DNA of 59,301 nucleotides, filler included, from Catajapyx aquilonaris (taxonomy: Eukaryota): NCBI GenBank assembly GCA_000934665.2. It is 2 parts of 2 records of this genome, joined end to end, with 100 filler letters (N's around TTAATTAATTAA, not from the genome) between each part and the next. Parts side by side here need not be neighbours in the genome. Positions count along the whole stretch, not along the records: positions 1 to 29,605 come from JYFJ02004768.1; 1 more part is not named here. One strand, 5' to 3'. Within the stretch, counting starts at the first letter, position 1. Each line of letters opens with the position of its first letter. Position numbers and translations under genes: made by a program. Positions 14,601 to 25,528 of the stretch are shown here, in pieces. Under the pieces are notes generated by a model that saw only the letters and a program-made list of their open reading frames with translations, was not told where the DNA came from and made no database searches.

Positions 14601-17600
14601 CCTTTATGCAATGTAAACAAGGTAGTGTTCAGATGTCGTATTAGTATATTCCAGAGGTACATTCTGGAAATAGGATCAAGCCAGTGATACAGTGAATTGA
14701 AAAACTGTTACACAAAGCCCTCCTTGTAATTTATGAATGACGCTTACGGGCATCCATGCTTCAAAAGCACCGCGCAGACTATTATTTCATCCACCCCACT
14801 GTTGATTTTATGTCGAATGACGAATGTATTGAAACTGCCCGTAGCTGACTTATAGCAATGAGATGAACTGTGGATTGGAGTACTGTACCACCTTTGTCAC
14901 CCGAGCTGAGATTCGTCTAAAGAGTCATAATGTACCTGCCCCTGCAGTTTCTTCCAGTATCACTTGATTTATTTATCTACGTCCCGGAGACGAAGAACCA
15001 AGTTTAGTTTCGTAGCTCATGCCGCAGTTCCCTTGTCTCCCAAGATCAATTCCGCCCCCGTGAAATTGTTCTCCTTTTCTCTGGAGAAAATCCTTTCGTC
15101 CTAGCAGTCGAGCGAAGGTACCGTAAAGCAACAAAAAAGAGACATAGCCTGGAGGCAAGAGCCGTGGATTTCTGCCCCGGGGTTCTGGTGTTCGGGGACA
15201 GGGAACAGCGCACATTGCAGATAAACCGAGCCAATCCATATCGACCCAACGACCTGGAAGATAGCGAATCCCGTAATTATTATTCCGGCGCTTGATAGAG
15301 CAAGGCACCTATTGTTGTCCACATACTCTTGTTCCACTCGCCCAATTTTTATGCCGAGAATGGGACCCACCGTGGTCGTTATATCCGTGTGCAAGCCATT
15401 ACGCACCTTCAGGATCTAAACTATCCAGAGGATATGGCAGAGGGCACGACTATTAGGAGACTAGACGTTCGATGGAGCCACCCCCCTCTTCACTTATTAA
15501 AGGCAGCGCATGTCGGACGTAGCAGCTCATGAATGTTGCAGCAATGAGACAAGCGAGACTTGCGATGTCGCATTATCGGAAGGAAGGAGGCGGCTTTGGC
15601 CTTGCTGTCATTAGGAGGCCTTGCCCTTTGGGGATTACGTGTGCCAGCTAGCAAAGTGCCTCAATTTTTAATCGACATACTAGGGAGGTCGTTGAATAAA
15701 CATTTGTGCAGGTTGAAGCATAAATAATTGTTTTATTTGACAGCTGGCTCAACTCCTGCCCATGGAGGAAAACTTTCTGCTGCTCTTCCGGATCGACAAT
15801 CCCCTGGAATCCAGTGTGGAGTTCATGAAGGTACAGCCGCTTAGTACGGATTAGCCGAAAGCGAATAGCTAAAAAAAATCGTCTATTTACTCCCTTCATC
15901 CTGGTTTAGATATGGCGTGAGTACGACACAGATGGCAGCGGCTACATCGAGGCAGACGAGTTAAAGGTGAGAGCACACCATACTGCTGTGGCAACAACCT
16001 CATTTTAAAATGCAATTTCTTTCCAGAACTTCCTGCGTGATTTGCTCAAGGAGGCCAAGAAGATACACGACGTCTCCGAAGACAAACTGATTGAATACAC
16101 CGACACAATGGTAAGCGCAAATAATTCGCGGGTCTCAGGTGTACTTATCCTGTTAATATGACAACACGGTCGTGGAAGCCTCGTTCTACTGGATTAACTT
16201 CAGCTTTTCGCATGTTTGACTCCACCTCTCGCTAAACCTATTCTCCGCCAGCATTCACCACTGTCATTTTAACGTCAAATCAATGGCATCCGGTGCTACG
16301 GCTGGAGATCTAAATAAAACGGATCTAAGCGGAACGTAATGCTATAGAAGCGCCAAATTGGAAATTTCACTGATTGCATCACAGCTAGGTACTCCCTAGA
16401 ACTCCTTGGATCAGGGCCCATCCAGATGATTACCTGCCATCAGTGCCACGGGTTGAAGCGCGACAACATCCCAGACCCATTTTAATCATCTAATAACGGT
16501 CTCTTCATCCCAACCCTATTTCCTGGACACGTCCAATAATCGTACTCTTTAGAAAAGGGGGGGCTTCCGTAGCCATTTATATCCTTGTCGATCAATAGTC
16601 ATTTCACTCAACAGGTTAGACACGCGAAAGTTTTGAACGTAAGGTGTGGTCCAGTTGCGATTTTATTTAGAAAATATATATCAGAAGTCAACAGGCGTGA
16701 AATAGCTTCCGTCATTAAGCCGCAATCAAAAGCAACACGTTTTCATGTTAGTTTGGCAGAGACTTCCAATTAGCAACTTCCGTAGCGCTATGAATGCAGT
16801 GACGGAGCTGCAGGAAGCTCGTGGAGGAGATACCGAATTAATTGAAGCCAGCAGCAGGCGACGCCGCATTGTTGGGCGGGTACCGGGCTGTGTATCATAC
16901 ACGCACGATATTCATAATGAATTGGCTGGTGGCTTGGATGAGGCTTGATTGGAATTCCGGTTTTGCCATAAATTCAGTTCCTCCACAGTACAGTTTCAAA
17001 CTTGCGATGAAAAGAGCTGCTCGCATTTTGCGTTGTTCGAAAGCTTCCAAGCGCGAATATGAAGGAAATGGGATGCATTAATATTACTCTTGGACTCGAC
17101 ATCATGGTTTTGACTTCTTAAAGTAGCATGTATCAAAGGCTAATGATGGTGTAAATGTAACCTTGGCCTGTGGCAGCCAGCCTGAAATTAACAATGTAAA
17201 TTACGCTTTCAGAGTATTTCAACGTCGCTAATTTATCTCTCCAGTGATTTCTAAAGCCAGTCTTTCGAGGGGGGGGGGGGGGACAGATTGGAGGAGAAAA
17301 ATTAAGCCCACCTCAGAGCAAGTTGTAAGACTCGAGGGAAAGGAGATCGTGCCTCGGGGTAACTTTACCTAATTAGAAGGCGTACAAAAACCGACTTTAT
17401 TTCGCCCCATTGGATAATTCTCAAAGTGGGGATTAGAGCTGGACCGTGACTTTTGTTTGCCTCCAGCCGAGTCGCGCAGGGCTGATTCTCCCATACCGAG
17501 TGTGGAATGTCCTTATTCCCTCAGGGGTAGGTAACTAACCGACTGGTTTTGGTCCAACCCACACGCAAACCTCGATCAATTGACTTGATCGTTCTGCGGC

Positions 17601-20600
17601 AGCTAAAAAAGCCTGATTCGGGCTCAAAAGCTGCTTTGAACCTATTACATTTTTTTTACGGATGTGAAATATTCCCCTGCAAAGTGCACGTAACTGAATC
17701 CTCGCATTTATTTTTCAGTTGCAAGTGTTTGACGCCAACAAGGATGGAAAACTGCAGCTGTCTGAAATGGCCAAGTGAGTAGACCACACGTTTGTTCCAA
17801 AGCACATCAAAGCTGTATGTGCTTCAATAAGCGATATGCTGGCCGCTGACAAGTTTGCAGCCCCCTGTGTGCTTCGTTCCTCTTCAAAGGCGGCGGGACC
17901 TTAATTCCTAGCCATAGTTGGCTGCAAATGCTCATGCAAAGCCTCTGAATTGGCATAATTCGGAGTCCGGGGGTAGTCGAAGGGAATTCTAATCGGTGTT
18001 TTCCTGCTGTACTTTTTAGGAAGGAAAAAAACACGGCTGTTTTCCCATTACAACAAAGAGGATTCTTATTCCAATCAGAATTTTTCCACCAATCACGGTG
18101 CAAATGGAAAAGAGCTTGCCACGTTTTATCTAACTAATTGCCAGTGCCGGCTCTTTGTGAAATGTCATTGGCGACGACACTTTGCTACCCTTGTTTGAAT
18201 ATCCAGCACTGGGTTTTATCAGTAGGGAAACATGCAGCAGCCCATAAGTGTAGAAGCCAATTATAAATGTGCCCGAAGAAGCTGCAAAGCGCTAATGAAC
18301 TAACTTTTGTGTTTTCCTTCAGACTTCTCCCGGTGAAGGAAAACTTCCTCTGCCGGCAGATATTTAAGGTAAGTTTCTCCTGACATTCGTGACATGGCCA
18401 TGGCAATTATAATAAGCATCTGAAGGTGCAACAAGCGCTGTGTTCAGGATATGCTAACTAATTATGACATAAATGAAATAGTCAGACTTGCATTGTGTGG
18501 CGAGAATAATGGAAAATGTTTAAACCCTGCTGCTTCCAAAATCCTTTGAGTTACTACAGAGTTTTGTCTTTTTCGAATTGACAGGAGAGCGTGGCAGTAA
18601 GTAGGCAACTTCTTGTAACACCCGTACGGTACAGTACAGCCATGGTGACATGGCTATTTCGGAAACGTAAATGGTCTCGAGAGACAGACTGCGCTTTGGC
18701 ACCAATGCTTGTACTGTTGACAGATTGGGAGCAAACCGATGTTCAGTCCTCTCGGAGCACTTTTGATTGCATTGTGACACTGATCTTGACAAATGGGATG
18801 GTTGATCCGTCGCACCCATTGCACGAGTCATCCACGCAGTTCAATTGCTTTTGCGCCTGCTCGTTGTGATGAGTCGACGTAATTAATTGGAAGCAATCGG
18901 TGCAAAACGGGACAACAGGCTGGGAAACCACTCTTATTAGACCGTCACATTTTTCTGTACTTATTGTTTATTGTCAAGCCATGGGCACACTTTTTATGGT
19001 CCACAAAAAAGTCACTCGTTTACACATTGGAGTCATCCTGCCCATTAGGTGACCTGTGTGGCAATAAAGGCTGGGGGTTGGCATAATGGGCAGGAGAGCC
19101 CCATCTGAAATCACCAAAATAAGTATTGTCATAAACCTGGAATCCCAAAACATTTTGAACCGTTTTGTACCGACAGTGACCGTGTAGTTTAGTCATGTGT
19201 GTCGTGGTGTCTTAATATAAGAATTAGAAGGAAAAAAAAACATTATAAAATATTACATATTATGTCGCCTGCGAATTTTTTGAATGCGACTATTGATAAC
19301 AATAATTATTGACTCTGCGTATTTCTTTCAATAAATAATAGCCACCGTACTTTGACGTCGCCGTAAGATTCTGTTGGGCTATGTGGGCAACACAACTTGT
19401 AAAACGGTTTTCGTATCCTAAAATTCTGCACGCAAGACAGAACATGTTTACAAAATACACTATATTGATCAACCGTGTACTACGTGCAGGTTTGACAAAA
19501 ATTGGTGAAATGGGTCTAGTGTTTCTGAGTGGATGTCTCGTGGTGGATCGCGCTGCTTGATTTGTACAACTCACTTGGCTTGATACTGAGAGCTAATAGG
19601 GATTTGGCTAGATTGGCTGACGAGGCCTGTTGATGACATGAACACAGTATCCCGGAGCGATGAACATTGCAAGCCAGTAGCGTAGGGGACGGTGAGAAGG
19701 CGCCAAGAGTTTGAGCACATGAATTGTAAGCGGAGATGATTATACGTACATTTACATAGACAAGTCGTGCAACTTTTTTATTGACGGTCGTCCTTTGTGC
19801 TGCATGCCGACGTCTGTACGCGTGATGGTTGTACTGGTGCCTCTGTTGTGTGCGTTTGTACCGTATGTTTATGTGTGTGTGCGCCGTGTGACCTGTGCGC
19901 ATAGATTGGTGCTCCGGTTATGACATGACCTGTGCTCACCTTCCCTCCAATTGTTTTATTATAGCATAATTCAGCACCAATGAGTATGGTAAAGCCCTCA
20001 TCTTTGTCTCTACTGCATGTGCTAATCACTTGCATGGTCAGTTTCCACAACATCTTTCTCTTTCACGCTACCCTTGTACGCACCACTCATTTTTAATAAT
20101 CATGTATTCGATAATATACTTTTTACCATGTAATCCTGACAAGTATTTGCCTTAAATATAGACCTAAACTATTGCAACATCACTCAACATCACTGTATGA
20201 AATGTATGTGATATAATTTATCTATTGCGTTTTACTCATACTTTGATATCACTTGTATGCAGTAGATGGCACAAGTTGGCTACGATGCAATTAACTCTGC
20301 TCACGCAGTGCTTCCATGTGTCACTCGCATCAGTCCTTTTACACAATGTCACACCGAATTTTGGGCAGGTCATTTGCATGCCGACTGCATGCAGGCCTAC
20401 CAAGTGTCGTTCCAAACATGACCTGACTTCATGTGCACAAATCAAGCCTGAAAAATAAGGCTGCCACATTTATTGCCAGGCAGCGTACGTAGTCACACAG
20501 ATGAATAGTTCTGTTCATCAGTCGAGACCAGAGGCCTCCGAGACGTGCCGACACAATAGTTGCCTCGGAATTGCCTCCACATCATCACTCTTCGCTCATA

Positions 20601-21654
20601 CGACGGATGTAGTTTTCTGCATTGTACGTAGAAGACAGAGAAGTAGTCCACTCTTGTAGTACTACTTCCAGCATGAAGTAGGGTTTGGGAGAGGTTAGCA
20701 TAGTGCCATAGTGGCTACTGCACTATAGCATAGTCGATCGGCTTTGCACTCAGCCACAATAGGACCAACTGGCTTTCTTTTCTATTAAAAAATACATTCA
20801 TTGATTAACTGATCAGAATTATGCAGATATGGTGGTCCTGTTGGGGGTTACATACTGCGGATCACACAATGCTAGAGGATGTCATTTGACCCGTATCCTT
20901 CCAGGGAGCCACGAAGCTGACCAAAGAGGATATCGAGAGGGTCTTTGCTCTCTACGACCGAGTGAGTATCTTCAATTTAGAACAACACTTTCCGAGAGAA
21001 TCGTGAGCTATACATGCTCCCTTTTCATTCTCAGGACAATAATGGAACCATCGAGAATGAGGAGCTGAGGGGCTTTCTGAAGGACCTCCTGGAGCTGGTC
21101 AAGAAGGTACACTGTGCAGTGCGTACTTAACCACACACCGTGACGTGTCAGGCACAGCCAGAGCTGCATGTGCACTAGATATTGTTTGTTTTGTCCGCTG
21201 TTATATCATATGCTAACTTATTCTCGCATAACTTGCGTATTCATAACAGTCTTACATTCTTTTCTACACACTGTAAAATGATGAGAGATAGGCAAAATTA
21301 ACTTCACTACCATCAATAATTATTACAGTGTAAATAGTGACGACACGAGTCCAAACTCCCCGAGAGCAGAAATTATTTGCATGGTAGTTGGTGTGCTTGG
21401 CCAGTACGAGTTTGGTGTCGCATCTGTTGTAAAAGCATGAGGTGTTGGGCCATCAGGCGGCTGAACAACCTTCTCCGTTTGTTTACATCCAGGATTACGA
21501 CACTCAAGACCTGGCGGACTTTGAGGAGACGATCCTCCGCGGATGCGACTTCAACCGAGACGGGAAGATCAACAAGAAGGAGTTAACCATGATCCTCCTG
21601 GCCCTGTCCAAGCACAGCCAGGATGACGAGGCTGCAGCCGGGAGCAGTCAGTGA
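11658..21654 (+). CDS. Cbp53E: Calbindin-32 / Cbp53E-like six-EF-hand calcium-binding protein (calbindin/calretinin/secretagogin family), 11 coding exons, 316 aa
   Basis: Exons read by eye, all GT-AG with consistent phases: 11658-11811, 13822-13907, 13963-14052, 15744-15830, 15910-15966, 16027-16110, 17719-17774, 18323-18368, 20905-20961, 21035-21106, 21493-21654 (951 nt). Six EF loops: DKDCNGYIEGSE, DDNQDGKIDIRE, DTDGSGYIEADE, DANKDGKLQLSE, DRDNNGTIENEE, DFNRDGKINKKE. Family linker motifs LLPMEENFLL and LLPVKENFLC. An acceptor TTCCAG ending at 11635 suggests an upstream non-coding exon. Confidence 0.95.
18585..18596 (+). CDS. Candidate alternative 12-nt microexon of the calbindin gene (ESVA)
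   Basis: gttttgtctttttcgaattgacAG|GAGAGCGTGGCA|GTAAGT: pyrimidine tract, CAG acceptor, consensus donor, length divisible by 3, lying in a phase-0 intron (18369-20904). Confidence 0.55.
19905..19916 (+). CDS. Candidate alternative 12-nt microexon of the calbindin gene (IGAP)
   Basis: TAG|ATTGGTGCTCCG|GTTATG, preceded by a UG/UGC-rich stretch of about 138 nt with no AG dinucleotide (19765-19902); frame-preserving; donor weak. Confidence 0.4.
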
Positions 21655-23762
21655 AGAGTCTTATAATAATAATATATTATAACAACACTCTCTCCCAGTT
21701 CCCCCAAACACCCCCCTTAACATACAAACAAACAAACAAAAAAAAGTCCTGTAAACTGTAACCCCTCCCCTCCCTTTGAACCCGCTCCACATAACTATAT
21801 CATCCAATCACCACAAAAACTTCCTATACCTAGCTCCGCTATTGTTTGTTCTTGTGTCCGTTTCTTTATCTGGGGCTGGCTGGCTGGCTGGCTACGACCG
21901 GTACGAGGAGGGGCCGTACCGTATCGTACGTAAGTGCTTCTTGTCGCAGGCATGGCAGAAGGGCGTGGGGGTGGAATAATAACATCCATCCATCGGATGA
22001 AATCAGGTTGACCTCACCACGCAGAGACACCCGAGTGCCATTCGATCTCTGACGATTCCGTACCCGAGTACATGGCAGTACTTGAATACCAGCAGCCTCT
22101 TGAGTGTCCCTGTGTGGCTCTGGATCAGCTGACAAAGAGAGCTGCACAGAGTACTGTACGTACGTACGTTGTTATTTGCTGTTGACATGGCGGTTGTTGA
22201 AATCATACTATACATAATTATATTATAATGCTATTATTATTATTAATGATGATGATATATATCACGAGTCAAGTTGCATATCGGAGAGTTTGTGAGCCAG
22301 AAGTGTAGTGGGGTTTAAAATTGGGGGTCAGGCAGAGTGAGTCGATCGTTACTTTAAAAGAAAACAATGGCGGCAGTGTAGCGCAGTTCCCGCCATCTGT
22401 CTGAGCGTGGGGGAAGAAAAAGGAAAAAGGAAAATGTCCCCGAAACAGTGCTCTCTCTGTACACACTGCAGTTGACTAGGCCGGGATGGGGAGGAGGCAG
22501 TGGAGCAGTAAGCCAAAATAAACTGAAATGTATTTTAATTCGGGCCGGGGTTGCCGGTCAGTCAATATATGCGTTGTGGATTATTATCAACGAATCGATG
22601 TTGATTTGGCATGAATATTAACCAAGAGTAGGGATTATATCACAAGGATCATCACATTATCTTTCATCATCACCTGCATATGTGATGTACAGGTGACAGT
22701 TCACATTTCTTGCCAGTGCTCACCTCTTCCTGCAGGCCGTATTGATTCAGGAGTGCAGCATACCGAATTTGCAGTATTTCATAAACATATCTTAACGCCT
22801 CAAGTCCATATCTGTCTTAATGGCTGCTAGTGTTCCATTCAGGTAATACGTCTCTTAGCTACACCGGCCCATATCCGAATAGTTACCTGCGTTTACGATT
22901 CTGCATCGGAACAATAACCCTCGACACTAAAGCATAAACGATGAACAAGTCTTTCTGACAAACGAAGAATTGTTTAATTTTAGATTGCGCAGATCAAAAT
23001 CACAAACTTGTTGTACAACTTTCAAAACATCAAAACTTGCCTGCTGGAGACGTTTCTGAATCAAATCAGTAGCTCGTATACATGCCTGTAAACTTTCCAG
23101 TGATACTGTCATGCGGAATTATCAAAGCATCCTGCACCCGTCACTCACTTTTGCGACATATCGAACTTTTAATGTTTTGAAGACTGGATGGCAAGGGACC
23201 GATCAACTCATAAGAGAAAGACTGGTTTGTTTTTTTTCATTGGCAACAAACAAGCCGTGTTGTTTAAAAATATTTCACTGAGTGTTTGTCACAATGGCAG
23301 TTGGAACGTGCTGCATATCCCAGAGTTTAATAACAGCCAACATAGTATGATAATCCCTTGTTCCAATGAATTTTGGTTCAATATATGTCAGCCTCAAATT
23401 ACGTCCTGAATCAGCCTGGTTAATAATATATTTTGTTAGTAGACTCATTCCATTATGGAGGTGTGAAGTGGTTATAATTACATTGCATCCATTGGTCACC
23501 TTACACAGTTGACTGCCTATAAAGATGAGAAATTGTTTTACACATACTCCTGTTAACTTTTTGAAATGTTTATTATGAAAGTCGTAAATCATCAGTCAGA
23601 AACTACCAAATTGGTTAAGTGTTAACTATTAATGTATGGACTACACAAACAACTGTTGGAATAACCATTCACTCGAATATATCGGAGCAAATGTCATGTA
23701 AGCCACACGCAAGAAGAGTTCAGAAGACAATCAGACAGTCTGTGTTGGATTGCAAAGTTCCC

Positions 23763-23791
23763 CATCATCATCGCCACCACCATCATCATAC

Positions 23792-23837
<46 letters not shown>
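23763..23837. repeat. (CAT)n microsatellite in the probable calbindin 3' UTR
   Basis: Imperfect CAT/CAC units followed by about 15 perfect CAT units (23792-23837). Confidence 0.9.
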
Positions 23838-23838
<1 letters not shown>

Positions 23839-24912
23839 GAATAAACTATAGATTTGTTTCGCGCTTGCTCATTATAACCAAAGAAATCATCATCTTAGAC
23901 TGAATCAGAGGCCACTCATAAAACGATAAAACTGCACTCGTTAGTATGCCGGTCTAGTAGGCTCATGTACTGTACTGCGTAATTAATGGATATTGCGTGT
24001 ATGTGGGTGTTGTCACAGCCGCACTGCTGCAGTATTGTAATCACAAACCGTATATTTTTTACTGTACTGCAGCCCCGGTGAAATATTTTTACTCGACTAT
24101 GGTGTGATGTACCGTTTTCACACACTTGCACAAGAAGAGTTTTGAATTTTTGAGCGTTTCTTTTTTTTTGGTTACTTCAATTAGGCCAATTCTCTCGTGC
24201 AATTTCATTACAAATTTACAACTACGTGCATTTAGAATCACAAACCGTGTGTATAAATTTATTGCGGATATCGGCAAGACGACAGTGACGTATACTTCCT
24301 TCATGCCAAACATTTGTGATGCGTTGTACTACTACTTCTGATACTCTTTCTTATTGTTTCACTTTCTTTGTACGAAGATGGGCAAAAAAACTCCAAGGGA
24401 GTAGCATCGTGAGAAAGAAGAAAAAAACATGAGGTAACAACGCACAAGTGAGACTTGAACTGATTTCAAACCCATTCTGAGAGATATATCTGCTGCATAA
24501 AAATACGTTGATATATTATATTCCTCGCCAGTTCACCATCTTATTTTCCGCATGAAATGGCTGACTCCTCCTGGGGGGGAAAAATATGGTGCTGCTAATA
24601 TTGTAGTGTAGAACTGTGTCTTCTACTTATGACCTTAGGCTTACAAGTCACACTTCGTCATAAGCTAAGGTAGTTGCCAAGGCTGTGTAAAAGTCAGTCC
24701 CCATAAAATATAGATACGGCCAATGGTTGTCCCGCGGCAAAAAAAATGAGATTTAAAAAATGTGCAAGGGAATTTTTTCCCTGTGTGCCACAATGGTACG
24801 TACTGTACATGTCTCTTCGCTCATACTTTTGCGCTCTCCTTCACTGTACCTCTTCTTGGGTGGGTTAATTCAGCTGCGTAGTCATGTATGTGGCTGTCGC
24901 TGCATGAAAAAA

Positions 24913-24918
24913 AATAAA
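24913..24918 (+). terminator. Candidate distal polyadenylation signal of the calbindin gene
   Basis: AATAAA followed about 25-45 nt later by a T/GT-rich tract (gttttcctttcataagtttgttt); faces a minus-strand AATAAA at 25030-25035. Confidence 0.45.
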
Positions 24919-25029
24919 GGCTGAGGTGGGATTACTCTGAGTTTTCCTTTCATAAGTTTGTTTAGGAGCCCTCGACTTTTTACATGTCCAGCAAAAAACT
25001 GATTTTGTAAACCACAACTTTAACGATCC

Positions 25030-25035
25030 TTTATT
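25030..25035 (-). terminator. Candidate polyadenylation signal of SMYD4
   Basis: TTTATT on + (AATAAA on -), about 500 nt after the SMYD4 stop codon. Confidence 0.45.
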
Positions 25036-25528
25036 GGTCTCTTAGATTGATTAAAACAGGGTATTGCGCTTGATGATGCTTGTGGAAGTGAGCATGGTAG
25101 TAAATTTTTGCAATGTTAAAATTTGCCAGACAGTGCGGCCAATAACTAATGTGTCGGCAACAAGTCGGCACATTAATATAATAACAAATGAAGCAATTGC
25201 ATTAGAAAAATATATTGATGAATTTGACAGACTCTGCTCTGAATACAAGCACCTCCAGGCAAAAATATAATAAAAACAAATCTTAGTCGGGATATGGGTT
25301 CGGCGCAACAATTAATAGTCGTCAGTTTCATGTCCTCTGCTTTCAGAGCACTTAGGCAGCATTGGTCATTGTTGACTATAGCGCAAATTATTTTTGTTCA
25401 GTATTTTGTACAGTGGGGTTTAACATATCATTGCAGATTCATACATGATAACTTTGGATAACTGAAAGCTGACTGAGAAAATAATATTCTTTCACAGACT
25501 GATTCTCTAAAAAGTATTAAATAGCCTT

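Noticed and set aside
14973..15532. GC-richer patch with several overlapping ORFs in a calbindin intron
   Set aside because: No recognisable domain or consistent splice signals; possibly an old TE fragment.
21250..21300. Possible extra exon after CTAAC...CAG at 21249
   Set aside because: No in-frame donor follows; insufficient support.
23619..23903. ORF with poly-His/poly-Ile
   Set aside because: Translation of the (CAT)n microsatellite.
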